From NCBI GenBank assembly GCA_963845245.1, contig CAWJRJ010000016.1:160001-224000 (forward strand): a DNA stretch of 64,000 nt. The letters are read 5' to 3'. Every line of letters begins with the position of its first letter. The first letter of the stretch is position 1. A model generated the notes under the pieces. It had not been told where the DNA came from, ran no database searches, and saw nothing but the letters and a program-made list of their open reading frames with translations. This stretch comes from Nitrospirota bacterium. GTDB lineage: Bacteria; Nitrospirota; JACRHJ01. The translations under genes and the position numbers were made by a program. Shown here in pieces: positions 10,469-22,399 of this stretch.

Positions 10469-10627
10469 ATGCTTACATGTCCGGTATGCGGCAGGGAACT
10501 TGAGGAAGAAGAAAAGAAGGAAGGCGGTTGGGATTGCCTTTGCGGTGAGTTCATACCCGAGGGCATGGTCATCGACACGGAGAAGCTTGACTGCAAAGGC
10601 GGGTTTATAAAGCGTCCCTTGCATTAG
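10469..10627 (+). CDS. 52-aa Cys-rich microprotein (CPxCG...CxCG, zinc-ribbon/rubredoxin-like); absent from the ORF track
   Basis: GAGGT RBS; MLTCPVCGRELEEEEKKEGGWDCLCGEFIPEGMVIDTEKLDCKGGFIKRPLH*; fills the gap between arsA and the small thioredoxin. Confidence 0.75.
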   Translation: MLTCPVCGRELEEEEKKEGGWDCLCGEFIPEGMVIDTEKLDCKGGFIKRPLH

Positions 10628-10651
10628 CATAACAAACTGAGGGGGGTTTGC

Positions 10652-10891
10652 ATGGAGATCAAAGTTTTGGGGCCCGGCTGCCCGAACTGCCACAAGATGC
10701 ACGACATGGCGAAGAAGGCCGTGGCCGAATTGGGGGTCGACGCAAAAGTAGAATATATAACGGACATTATGGAGATAATGAAGTACGTGATGTCCACGCC
10801 CGGACTTGTCGTAAATGAAAAGGTAAAACACGCAGGTAAACCGCTGCCTTCACCCGATAAGGTCAAGGCGCTCATACAGGAGGAGATTTAA
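10652..10891 (+). CDS. Small redox-active disulfide protein (MTH895-like thioredoxin fold)
   Basis: MEIKVLGPGCPNC...VMSTPGLVVNEKV..GK.P; this family is common in ars operons. Confidence 0.9.
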   Translation: MEIKVLGPGCPNCHKMHDMAKKAVAELGVDAKVEYITDIMEIMKYVMSTPGLVVNEKVKHAGKPLPSPDKVKALIQEEI

Positions 10892-11349
10892 TGAATAAGT
10901 TAAGAATAATCACTTTAGCTGCAATAATACTAGTTTGCTCTATCGGTATTGCCGCCGCAGGCACGGGCGAGTCGAAGGTTGAGGCCGCAAAGGCGAAAGG
11001 CATGCCGGTCTTCGTCGATGTCGGCAGGACGTCCTGCAAACCATGCAAGATGATGGTGCCCGTGCTTGACACCCTGACCAAGAAGTACAAGGGTAAGATG
11101 GAAGTGGTGTTCGTCCATTCGGATGAAGAACAGGCATACGCCCGCGAGCTGGGCGTTACGATGATACCGACCCAGATACTGCTTGATAAAAACGGCAAAG
11201 AAGTCTCGCGCCATGTAGGCTATATCCCGGTTGAAGACTGCGAAAAGATGATAGGCAACATTGCGGCTGTGGCTCCGGGTAAAGCAGGCGCTAAAGGGAA
11301 GGTTGATAACACCGGGAAAACGTGTGCTCCCGGGGCGATCTGTAAATGA
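10891..11349 (+). CDS. Exported thioredoxin-family protein
   Basis: Signal peptide, CKPC active site, IPTQILLDKNGKE, and an extra C-terminal CAPGAIC. Confidence 0.85.
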   Translation: MNKLRIITLAAIILVCSIGIAAAGTGESKVEAAKAKGMPVFVDVGRTSCKPCKMMVPVLDTLTKKYKGKMEVVFVHSDEEQAYARELGVTMIPTQILLDKNGKEVSRHVGYIPVEDCEKMIGNIAAVAPGKAGAKGKVDNTGKTCAPGAICK

Positions 11350-12036
11350 GCTGGAGCGAGAGCATACCTGCCATAGTGCAGGGCCAGCCCCTGCTCGCGT
11401 TCGGCGCGTCCTTCCTTGGCGGGCTGCTGTCGGCAGCCAACCCGTGCGTGCTTGCGACCATCCCGCTCGTCATAGGATACGTAGGCGGCTATTCGGGCGG
11501 CGACAGGAAAAAAGCCCTGTTCTATTCACTGTCATTCATTTTCGGCCTCTCGGTGAACTTCACGCATATTGGGAGTTGCGGCGTCCGCGGTTGGACACCT
11601 GATGGGCAGCCTGGGCGTATGGATGTATGTGTTCGTCGCCGTGGTGGCCGTCGTGATGGGGCTCTCGCTTATGGGCCTCTTTGAGATGCCGACATTGGTC
11701 AAGAGCGACATAAGGCCGAAGACCAGAGGGCTTCTTGGCGCGTTCATGATGGGCTTCATATTCGGTGTCGTCTCCTCGCCCTGCGCGACCCCGGTCTTAG
11801 CTGTTATAATTACATATGTAGCCTCGGAAGGCAGGGTGCTCTACGGTGGTGCACTCCTTTTTGTGTACGCCCTCGGCCACTGTGTTCTGATATTAGCGGC
11901 TGGAGTATCCGTTGGTTTTGTCAACGGCTTCATAAACTCGAAAGGGCTGGTCGCGGCGTCAGGCTATATCAAGAAGGCGAGCGGAGCGCTGTTGGTCGGC
12001 GTTGGCGGATATGTAGCCTATGTTAACATCTTTTAG
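11346..12036 (+). CDS. ccdA: CcdA/DsbD-type membrane thiol-disulfide electron transporter, frameshift near 11566
   Basis: GLLSAANPCVLATIP in the first frame and SSPCATPVL in the second; multiple transmembrane segments. Confidence 0.85.
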
Positions 12037-12099
12037 GGTGCATGTATAACGTAACGGTTCTTGGTGACATATATGGAAAAGAGAAAAGGGAAATCTTAA

Positions 12100-13227
12100 A
12101 TGAACGAGCTTAAACTTAAACTTCAACCGGCGAAAGATCTGGCATTGTCGCCGTGCTCTTGCTCAAGCAGTACTGCAAAGATGATGCCACCTGCTTGGGT
12201 CGTCGGCACTGTCAATACCCCGGTGGGGACTGTCCAAAAAGTCACAACCGAGATCAGCCAGTCTGAGCGCTGGGAACATATAAAATGCAGGGCCACCGCC
12301 TTCAGGAACAGCTATACGGTCCCGCCAGGACTGTATGCCGTCGGTGCACCAGACAAGGACTCCCATGTCCTTGTGAGCGCCAATTACAAGCTCAGTTTCG
12401 ATCTGCTCAGACGTGAACTGAAAGGATTGAATGTCTGGATACTTGTCCTCGACACAAAGGGGATCAATGTTTGGTGCGCGGCGGGGAAGGGCACCTTCGG
12501 GACTGATGAACTGGTCCGTCGTATTTTATTGAATCATCTGGACAAGGTGGTAGACCACAGGAAGGTTATCGTCCCACAGCTCGGCGCGCCGGGTGTCAGC
12601 GCCCACAAGGTAAAACAGGCAGCTGGTTTCAGGGTCCTCTATGGGCCTGTAAACGCCAAAGATATCCCCGCCTATATTGCGGCCGATTGCAAGGCTTCAA
12701 GGGAGATGCGCACCGTCGGTTTCAGTGCCAAAGACCGGTTTGTCCTGACGCCCATGGAGATCAACCCCGCGATGAAGAAATATCCCATCTATGCCCTGCT
12801 TGTGCTCGGCATCTTCGGACTTCAACCATCAGGGATAATCTTTAAAGATGCCGTGAATTCCGGGTTCCCGCTTCTAGTCTTCGGCCTCGTTGCGGTTCTG
12901 GCGGGGGCATTCTTGACCCCTGTCTTTCTTCCGTTTGTCCCTTTCAGATCTTTTGCAATAAAGGGCTGGATCGTAGGCATGTTCACAACCGTTATAGCCG
13001 TGCAACTGTTCAGTCCTATGAATGAGACGCTAGTGTTCTTCACCTACATCTTCTTCCCGCTGGTAAGCTCTTATATAGCCTTGCAGTTTACGGGCTCGAC
13101 GACGTTCACCGGGATGTCAGGGGTCAATAAAGAACTTAGGACCGCGATACCCGTGTATATGTTCTTTGGGGTGGTTTCAATCCTGGTTTTGACTGTGTTT
13201 AAGCTTAACCAGTGGGGTGTGCTATGA
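12100..13227 (+). CDS. hgcA: Mercury methylation corrinoid protein HgcA
   Basis: Diagnostic cap-helix motif NVWCAAGK within ANYKLSFD..LDTKGINVWCAAGKGTFG, PQLGAPGV, C-terminal TM domain and FTGSTTFTGMSGV; immediately followed by hgcB. Confidence 0.97.
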   Translation: MNELKLKLQPAKDLALSPCSCSSSTAKMMPPAWVVGTVNTPVGTVQKVTTEISQSERWEHIKCRATAFRNSYTVPPGLYAVGAPDKDSHVLVSANYKLSFDLLRRELKGLNVWILVLDTKGINVWCAAGKGTFGTDELVRRILLNHLDKVVDHRKVIVPQLGAPGVSAHKVKQAAGFRVLYGPVNAKDIPAYIAADCKASREMRTVGFSAKDRFVLTPMEINPAMKKYPIYALLVLGIFGLQPSGIIFKDAVNSGFPLLVFGLVAVLAGAFLTPVFLPFVPFRSFAIKGWIVGMFTTVIAVQLFSPMNETLVFFTYIFFPLVSSYIALQFTGSTTFTGMSGVNKELRTAIPVYMFFGVVSILVLTVFKLNQWGVL

Positions 13228-13526
13228 AATATCTCGCAAATGTGACGACCATTTCTGTGGTTCCGGAAAAATGTACAGGCTGCGGCATGTGCCTGGATGT
13301 CTGCCCGCATAACGTGCTTGCGCTCAAGGACAAGAAGGCCGTCATCGTCGACAGGGACGGGTGCATGGAATGCGGAGCTTGTGCGTCCAACTGCGCTTTT
13401 GGAGCAGTGAACGTAGACAAGGGAGTCGGTTGTGCTGCCGCCATTATCAACAGCATTATCTACGGCGGCGAGCCGACCTGTGGCTGCGATACTAACACCG
13501 GCTCCGGCTCCGGCGGGTGCTGCTGA
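13224..13526 (+). CDS. hgcB: Mercury methylation ferredoxin HgcB
   Basis: Two CxxCxxCxxxC motifs (CTGCGMCLDVCP, CMECGACASNC), GVGCAAAII and a C-terminal CC; ATGA overlap with hgcA. Confidence 0.96.
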   Translation: MKYLANVTTISVVPEKCTGCGMCLDVCPHNVLALKDKKAVIVDRDGCMECGACASNCAFGAVNVDKGVGCAAAIINSIIYGGEPTCGCDTNTGSGSGGCC

Positions 13527-13544
13527 TACGCAGGGGATCCATTC

Positions 13545-14261
13545 ATGAAAATCGCGGTATTCGGGGACATACACGGAAACATCGAGGCGCTCAAGGCAGC
13601 CTATGACGCCGCAGCCGATGCCGGTGTTGACAGAATGTACCATCTAGGCGACCTTGGCGGTTATGCGCCTTTCATAAACGAGGTGGCGGACTTTCTGGTC
13701 GAACACAATATCGAGGGCGTGCAGGGCAACTACGACGAGACAGTAGGATTCGACCGCGAACACTGTGGCTGCCGGTATGAAGACCAGGTCCAGGCAGAGA
13801 TGATGGACGCGGGCTTTAACTGGACGAAGGCCCATGCTACACAGAAGACCATAAAATATTTAAAAGCGCTTCCGGCCGAGATCTCCTTTCTGTGCAGGGG
13901 GCGAATAATAAAACTGTTCCATGCCACTCCGACGAAGAACAACCTGTACTGGACTGAGGAGCGGGACGAGAAGTTCTTCCGGGAGATGTCGCAGAAGGCG
14001 CATGCGGACGTAATGGTTTACGGGCATACCCACAAGCCGTACAGGCGTGACCTGGACGGTAAGGTCTTCATAAACGCGGGGAGCGTAGGCAAACCCAAGG
14101 ACGGAGACACCAGGGCATGCCTGGCTGTTATAGAGATAGACGAGACGAAAGTGGTGTCATCGTTTGTCAGGGTCCAGTATGACTTGGAGAAGACTGCCAA
14201 GGCTATAATCGAAAGCGGCATGCCCGCATATTTTGCCGAGAGGCTGCACGAGGGCAGATAG
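13545..14261 (+). CDS. Calcineurin-like metallophosphoesterase
   Basis: DIHGN, LGDLGGY, GNYD, GHTH, INAGSVGKPKDGD, plus an HCGC motif. Confidence 0.9.
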   Translation: MKIAVFGDIHGNIEALKAAYDAAADAGVDRMYHLGDLGGYAPFINEVADFLVEHNIEGVQGNYDETVGFDREHCGCRYEDQVQAEMMDAGFNWTKAHATQKTIKYLKALPAEISFLCRGRIIKLFHATPTKNNLYWTEERDEKFFREMSQKAHADVMVYGHTHKPYRRDLDGKVFINAGSVGKPKDGDTRACLAVIEIDETKVVSSFVRVQYDLEKTAKAIIESGMPAYFAERLHEGR

Positions 14262-14288
14262 TAGAATAAGTTTCTTCAAACGTTAAAC

Positions 14289-14321
14289 AAAGCCCGGTGG
14301 CGAGATGCCTCCGGGTTTTTT
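14289..14321 (+). terminator. Rho-independent terminator closing the ars-hgc cluster
   Basis: AAAGCCCGG...CCGGGTTTTTT hairpin followed by a T-run. Confidence 0.75.
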
Positions 14322-14451
14322 GTGTCCTGATTTAAATCATTTTTTTTGATGAGACACATTAAGGAATTTCAATTAGTTCTGTTGTAAACTTCAAATCATG
14401 AATACAGGGGAGTTATAAACTCAAATATCAACACAAACGGAGGGAATTAAA

Positions 14452-14736
14452 ATGAAGAAGTTCATAATGACAGCAGCCGCAGCAAGCATGATCGCATCAT
14501 CCGCAATAATGGCATATGCATCAGACTCGATTGATCCGATGGGCAAGGCCGCAATAGCCATTGCAAAACCGGCCACGAAGGTTGTCTATGTAACGGAGAA
14601 CGAAGTCAGTCTTGACAGCATTGGTCTCTTCACTGCATCGGCGCCAGTGGTAACCCATGCGGTCGCGTCTGCAAAGCAGGATAAGACGGATAAGATCTGC
14701 CTCGACAGCATCTGCAGGATCGACCTAAAGATGTAA
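14452..14736 (+). CDS. Small secreted hypothetical protein
   Basis: GGAGGG RBS, signal peptide ending AYA, three DSI motifs, and its own terminator. Confidence 0.7.
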   Translation: MKKFIMTAAAASMIASSAIMAYASDSIDPMGKAAIAIAKPATKVVYVTENEVSLDSIGLFTASAPVVTHAVASAKQDKTDKICLDSICRIDLKM

Positions 14737-14756
14737 TACTCCAAGACCTGATATAT

Positions 14757-14784
14757 AAAAAGGCGCCTTTTCGGCGCCTTTTTT
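14757..14784. terminator. Bidirectional intrinsic terminator
   Basis: AAAAAGGCGCC-TTTTC-GGCGCCTTTTTT between convergent genes. Confidence 0.85.
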
Positions 14785-14788
14785 GTTT

Positions 14789-15307
14789 CTAAGGGGAGAC
14801 ATCTGTCGCGCCATCCGAAACGGACGACTCATCGTCGTCGGGACCAGGCTCCTCTTCTGTAATTTCCTCGGCATCATCTTCGACCGCTGGTTGGCCACCA
14901 TCGCTCACTCCGGGGCTGGTCCCACCATGCGCGGTCAGAGGGTCGAGTGAAGCCGAGGGAGGGGCGGGAACCTGCGGGGTTGCCGCCTGAGCGGGTTGTG
15001 GTTGCGTGGGTTGTGGTTGAGCTGGGGGTGGCGCAGCCGCTGCCGGGTCTGGTTTAAGCAGCTCACCCGTCGACGAGAAATTCGACACCTTGCCATCCTG
15101 GTTGGTAACGGAATTAACCAGAGAGAGCGGGAAAGATGCATACCCTTCCTTGAACTTGACGTTTAACTTGTTACCCTCCACCTTGCAGTCCTCAGCCTGA
15201 AGTACCTCACCGTTTTGCAGATTTATATTATAATAGGCATGAGAAGGTATTGGTACAAGAACAGCCAGGAAGAATATGGTTGTGAAAATCAATGACTTCA
15301 TAGACAT
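14789..15307 (-). CDS. Secreted hypothetical protein with Pro/Gln-rich and acidic tail
   Basis: Signal peptide, small beta domain (INLQNGEVL), then PAAAAPPPAQPQP and EEEPGPDDDE low-complexity segments. Confidence 0.65.
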   Translation of the reverse strand: MSMKSLIFTTIFFLAVLVPIPSHAYYNINLQNGEVLQAEDCKVEGNKLNVKFKEGYASFPLSLVNSVTNQDGKVSNFSSTGELLKPDPAAAAPPPAQPQPTQPQPAQAATPQVPAPPSASLDPLTAHGGTSPGVSDGGQPAVEDDAEEITEEEPGPDDDESSVSDGATDVSP

Positions 15308-15388
15308 AAATATACCACAGACACGTGTCATTATCCAGCAAGTTTAACGCCTGGAGTATGTCAACGTTTATAATTCTGGCTAAGATGA

Positions 15389-15418
15389 CTTGACAACGTT
15401 GTTATCAAGTTATATACT
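15389..15418 (+). promoter_or_regulatory. Heat-shock promoter with HAIR-like (HspR) operator
   Basis: TTGACA (15390) -17 bp- TATACT (15413), overlapped by CTTGA-N11-TCAAG (15389-15409), the same geometry as the HAIR consensus CTTGAGT-N7-ACTCAAG; hspR is in the operon. Confidence 0.7.
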
Positions 15419-15451
15419 ATTATGCATATAAAGACAATAAAGGAGGAAGAC

Positions 15452-15868
15452 ATGAAAATAGTGAAATGGGACCCTTTCAAGCATGTGATGATGGTTGACG
15501 ATTATTTCGACCTGAACGAAGGGCAGATGGACAGGCCCAGGACGTGGGCGCCCGCTGTGGACGTATACGAGACCGACAAGGAAATAGTTCTGACCGCGGA
15601 GCTCCCTGGCGTACATCAGGCGGATATATCGCTCATGGTGCATGACAACGTGCTCACGCTGAAGGGGGACCGCCGCTTTGAAAGGGATGTCAAACAAGAG
15701 AATTTTTACAGGATAGAACGCAACTATGGCTTTTTTTGCCGGAAGTTCACCATGCCTTGCGAGGTTGAAAACGACAATATCAGCGCCGTTTTCCAGGATG
15801 GTGTGCTGAAGGTGACTGTACCAAAGGCGGCTACCTCCAAAAAGATACATGTAAAGATAAAGTCGTGA
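15452..15868 (+). CDS. Hsp20/alpha-crystallin small heat shock protein
   Basis: [47 protein letters not shown]. Confidence 0.93.
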   Translation: MKIVKWDPFKHVMMVDDYFDLNEGQMDRPRTWAPAVDVYETDKEIVLTAELPGVHQADISLMVHDNVLTLKGDRRFERDVKQENFYRIERNYGFFCRKFTMPCEVENDNISAVFQDGVLKVTVPKAATSKKIHVKIKS

Positions 15869-15881
15869 TGGGAGCAATCAG

Positions 15882-17054
15882 ATGGCTGTAACCAAGGACT
15901 ATTACGAGCTGCTTGGCCTTTCCCGCAGCGCGGACGTCAAGGAGATAAAGAAGGCCTACCGCAAGCTTGCGCGCAAGTATCACCCGGACGTCAACCCGGG
16001 CGACAAGGAATCCGAGCGAAAATTCAAGGAGATAGGCGAGGCCTACGAGGTCCTGAACGACCCAAAAAAGAAAGAGATGTACGACCGGTTCGGCAGCGCG
16101 GCATTTGAGCAGGGTTTTGGCCAGAACGCGGGTGCGGCCGGAGCCGGCCAGGGGTACGGCGGCTATCAGGGTGGCTATCATGGTTACGGCGGGTACAGCC
16201 CGGAGGACTTTGCGGGGTACGGCCAGGGCGTGGACTACTCGGATGTATTCGGCGATATCTTCGGAGCCAGGGCGCAACCTGTAGGCCCGAGGAAGGGGCA
16301 GGACTCGCAGTATGCCATGGAGTTGAGCCTGGAAGACGCAATCTTCGGCACTACTACACAGCTTAACGTCAGGAGGGAAGTCGCCTGCCAGGTCTGTGGC
16401 GGCACCGGTGTAAGCCCGGGCAGTGCCAGCACGACCTGCCCTGACTGTAAGGGGACAGGCAGGTTGAAGGCATCCAAGGGTTTCTTCAATATGGCCCAGA
16501 CCTGCCAGAGGTGCGGTGGCACCGGCAAGGTCAACCCGAACCCGTGCAAGATATGCAGGGGCAGGGGCACCGTACCGAAAACGGAACAGCTCTCCGTAAA
16601 GATCCCGGCCGGGGTGGACAACGGCTCCAAGGTGCGGCTCGCCGGTAAGGGAGGCGCGGGTGTCAACGGTGGCCCGCCGGGCGACCTCTATATTATAACC
16701 AGGATATTGCCGCACCCGTTTTTTGAGAGAAGGGGCGACAACCTATACTGTGAAGTTCCAGTCACCTATACAGAGGCGGCGCTCGGCGCAAAGGTGGACA
16801 TACCCACCAAGGACGGGGTCGTGACGATGACGATACCGCCCGGTACGCAGCCGGACCAGGAACTGAGGCTTCGCGGCAAGGGTGTGCCTCATTTCGGCGG
16901 GAGCGGGGTTGGTGACCAATACGTTAAGATCAAGGTGGTGGTCCCGGCCAACCCGACGGACAAGGTCAGGGAACTCCTGCATGAGCTGGATAAGGCGCAG
17001 CCCTTGAACCCGAGGGCAGGGATTGCATTCAAGGGGTTCAGGAGGGGAAGATGA
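15882..17054 (+). CDS. dnaJ: Chaperone DnaJ
   Basis: J-domain with HPD, G/F-rich region, four CxxCxGxG repeats. Confidence 0.95.
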   Translation: MAVTKDYYELLGLSRSADVKEIKKAYRKLARKYHPDVNPGDKESERKFKEIGEAYEVLNDPKKKEMYDRFGSAAFEQGFGQNAGAAGAGQGYGGYQGGYHGYGGYSPEDFAGYGQGVDYSDVFGDIFGARAQPVGPRKGQDSQYAMELSLEDAIFGTTTQLNVRREVACQVCGGTGVSPGSASTTCPDCKGTGRLKASKGFFNMAQTCQRCGGTGKVNPNPCKICRGRGTVPKTEQLSVKIPAGVDNGSKVRLAGKGGAGVNGGPPGDLYIITRILPHPFFERRGDNLYCEVPVTYTEAALGAKVDIPTKDGVVTMTIPPGTQPDQELRLRGKGVPHFGGSGVGDQYVKIKVVVPANPTDKVRELLHELDKAQPLNPRAGIAFKGFRRGR

Positions 17055-17443
17055 CCGAGAGGGAAAAAGCGGTTTACATGATAAGCGTGGTCTCCGAGCT
17101 TCTTGGGGTACACCCCCAGACGCTCAGGCTCTATGAACGGGAAGGCTTCGTGCGGCCAAGCCGCACCGAGGGCGGCGTCAGGCTTTATTCCCAGGGGGAC
17201 GTCGAGCAGATAAGGATGGTGCTCAGGCTTACGCGCGAGCTTGGCGTCAACCTTGCCGGTGTCGAGGTAATACTTTCCATGCGCGAGAAGATGGAAAAGC
17301 TCCAGGAAGAGATGGAGAAGAGCATGGAGGAGATGCGCGAGGAGTTCATGGCGGAGTTGACCCGGCGTCAGGAGATGACGAAGAACCCTCTGGTCAAGGT
17401 CAAGCCCGGCAGGATTATAAAGATCAAAAATACTGAGAAGTAA
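17051..17443 (+). CDS. hspR: HspR-like MerR-family heat-shock repressor
   Basis: [36 protein letters not shown]...LGVNLAGV; located between dnaJ and clpB. Confidence 0.88.
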   Translation: MTEREKAVYMISVVSELLGVHPQTLRLYEREGFVRPSRTEGGVRLYSQGDVEQIRMVLRLTRELGVNLAGVEVILSMREKMEKLQEEMEKSMEEMREEFMAELTRRQEMTKNPLVKVKPGRIIKIKNTEK

Positions 17444-17461
17444 CCGTTTTTGGAGGTTGTT

Positions 17462-20066
<2,605 letters not shown>

Positions 20067-20108
20067 TAAAAAAGCCCGCAACGAAAGTTGGGGGCTTTCA
20101 TTTAGCAC

Positions 20109-20180
20109 GTCATTCCCGCGAAGGCGGGAATCCAGCGACTTTGTTTTTTTGGGGGTCATTATGAGCTCAGCCGAAGAATC
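20109..20180. repeat. REP-like palindromic elements
   Basis: GTCATTCCCGCGAAGGCGGGAATCCAG (20109-20135, ATTCCC-N8-GGGAAT hairpin) and GTCATTATGAGCTCAGCCGAAGAATC (20155-20180), the latter echoed at 26349-26367. Confidence 0.65.
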
Positions 20181-22107
20181 ATTCCTTAGCTCCTGCATCC
20201 TTCAGCACTTTCACAAGGTCGGTATAGCCTTTGGCAGACGCAATTTTCAACGCCGTCCAGCCATCGGCCGTCCTCGCATTTATATCCGCACCCTTGGTTA
20301 GCAAGACGCGCACTACGTCAACATAGCCGTTCCGAGCTGCGACAATCAACGGTGTCCAGCCTTGTGTTATTCTTGTATCAAGTCCAGTGAATTCTTCTCT
20401 CCCATTTACACACGCTCCATTTTCAAGCAGTACGAGCACGGAGTCAGCATGTCCGCCAGCAGTCGCCTGCATCAACGGAGTATGGCCGTCTATCTCCGCT
20501 GAGTTGACATCTGCACCATGTTTGAGCAAAGTGCGGACTAGGTTCACGTCCTTGACAGCAGACATCAAAGCTGTCCAACCAATTTCCGTCCGTATATTAA
20601 CATTCGCGCCTTTGTCGAGCAAGGCGCGTGCAATGTCCACATGACCAACTGGAACATACATCAATGCTGTATATCCATCATTATCCCTTGCATTTACTTT
20701 TGCGCCCTTATCGAGTAATTCGTGCACTATTTTAGTATGGCCATACTGTACCGCTCGCATCAGCGCAGTTTTACCATCGTTATCCTTTGCATTTACTTTC
20801 GCGCCATTGTTAAGCAGGACGCACACTCTGTCCTCATGGCCGAAAGAAGCTGCAGTCATCAATGCTGTTTCGCCTTTTTCGTTTCTAATATTTGCGTCAC
20901 CAGCTCCGAATTCGAGCAAAACACGAACCACGTCTACATTGCCGAACTCGCCAGAAGCTGAATCCAACGCTGTCCAGCCATGCTCCGACTTCAAATTCGG
21001 GTCAGCGCCTCTTTCAAGCAAAACGAGCGCAATGTCTGCATGCCCACCCCCTGCCGCAAGCATTAAAGCTGTCATGCCTCTTTCATAACTGGTAGATCCC
21101 ATAGAGTATCCAGTTGTTTTCATGTTAACGTCAGCGCCTTTATCAAGCAAGGTTTTTACAACGTCAATATCGCCTTGCATAGCCGCCATTGCTAGCATTG
21201 GATAACCCAATTTAGTCCTTATCTTTAGGTCAGCTCCCGCCTCCACCAAAGCACGCACATTGTCAGCATGTCTGCTCCCAACCGCAGCCATCAATGCTGT
21301 ACTGCCATTTTTCCCGACAGCATTAACTTTCGCTCCTTTGTCGAGCAATAAGCGCACGACATCTGTAGTACAGTTGCTGGCCGCACTCATCAACGCTGTA
21401 TAGCCTTTCTTGTTTTTTGCGTTAACGTTTGCACCGTGGTCGACCAAAATTCGCACTATGTTTGCATTGCAGCGCTCATCGACCGACTCCGAATCGTCAT
21501 CATCAGCATCATGAGTTCCAATAGCGGACATCAGCACCGTATCGCCGTCGTTGTCCCTTGCATTGATGTCCGCCCCATTTTCGAGTAGGAGGCGGACTAT
21601 TTCCTCATGGTCTTTCCCTGCCGCATCCATTAAAGCCGTTGAGCCGTGACTAGACTTCGCATCTACTTTCGCACCACTTTTAAGAAGAATGCGCACAACT
21701 TCGGTATGGCCATTAACTGAAGCTGCCATTAAAGCTGTGTAACCTTTTGCATTAACAGTTGCACCTTTGTCAAGCAGGATACGCACAATATCCGCATAAC
21801 CGTTCAAAGCCGCACTGGTCAACGCCGTCCATCCGTCGTTATTCCTTGCATTAGCATCCGCGCCTTTATTGAGTAAAGAACTGACTATGTCCGTATGGCC
21901 ATTTAAAGATGCCCAAATCAACGCCGTCCATCCACCTTTGTCTTTTGCATTGACATCTGCTCCCTTGCCGAGCAATATGCGCACCTTTTCTGATTGCCCG
22001 TTTTTAGAAGCTTCGATTAGCGTATTATCAGGTTTCCCCGCTACCGAGGTTGTCGCAAATGTTAACAGCAATACCATGAAAAGCGTTGCTGAAAGGAAAT
22101 GTTTCAT
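20179..22107 (-). CDS. Secreted ankyrin-repeat protein (many tandem ANK repeats)
   Basis: Signal peptide followed by repeated G.TALM.A...G...IV..LL..GA.VNA units over about 600 aa; more AT-rich than the flanks. Confidence 0.93.
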   Translation of the reverse strand: MKHFLSATLFMVLLLTFATTSVAGKPDNTLIEASKNGQSEKVRILLGKGADVNAKDKGGWTALIWASLNGHTDIVSSLLNKGADANARNNDGWTALTSAALNGYADIVRILLDKGATVNAKGYTALMAASVNGHTEVVRILLKSGAKVDAKSSHGSTALMDAAGKDHEEIVRLLLENGADINARDNDGDTVLMSAIGTHDADDDDSESVDERCNANIVRILVDHGANVNAKNKKGYTALMSAASNCTTDVVRLLLDKGAKVNAVGKNGSTALMAAVGSRHADNVRALVEAGADLKIRTKLGYPMLAMAAMQGDIDVVKTLLDKGADVNMKTTGYSMGSTSYERGMTALMLAAGGGHADIALVLLERGADPNLKSEHGWTALDSASGEFGNVDVVRVLLEFGAGDANIRNEKGETALMTAASFGHEDRVCVLLNNGAKVNAKDNDGKTALMRAVQYGHTKIVHELLDKGAKVNARDNDGYTALMYVPVGHVDIARALLDKGANVNIRTEIGWTALMSAVKDVNLVRTLLKHGADVNSAEIDGHTPLMQATAGGHADSVLVLLENGACVNGREEFTGLDTRITQGWTPLIVAARNGYVDVVRVLLTKGADINARTADGWTALKIASAKGYTDLVKVLKDAGAKE

Positions 22108-22300
22108 TCTGTATCTCCTTCATCAAATCAGTATTTGTGGGAAGCTGCCAAGAAGAGATATACTGATAATATTGCAACTAAGCCAAGATATAATCCACCT
22201 CTTCTGTGGATAGATGGGAATAAATTTACATATATTCGTAATATTTATAGCACGAGCTGTGCAAATTTACAAATGCTATATCTAATTCAGGCAGGTGTGG

Positions 22301-22371
22301 CTTGTGTTCAGGAGGCTTATCGAGGCCGAGGCGGCATAACAAAAAGCCCGCAACTTTCGTTGCGGGCTTTT
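22301..22371 (+). repeat. Orphan copy of the clpB 3' end plus bidirectional terminator (copy 2)
   Basis: Encodes [12 protein letters not shown] versus Clp[13 protein letters not shown], followed by AAAAAGCCCGCAAC-TTTC-GTTGCGGGCTTTTT. Confidence 0.85.
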
Positions 22372-22399
22372 TTATTATTACTGCTCTCCTGTGTTTTAT

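Noticed and set aside
12100..13227. CO dehydrogenase/acetyl-CoA synthase corrinoid subunit (CdhD/AcsC) call
   Set aside because: The NVWCAAGK cap helix, C-terminal TM domain and adjacent HgcB-type ferredoxin identify it as HgcA.
14327..14340. FNR/CRP box (CTGAT-TTAA-ATCAT) as a firm regulatory feature
   Set aside because: Imperfect match in AT-rich DNA with no promoter at the expected spacing; kept only as a remark.
17051..17443. MerR mercury sensor linked to hgcAB
   Set aside because: The protein has no cysteines and carries the HspR signature within a dnaJ-clpB operon.
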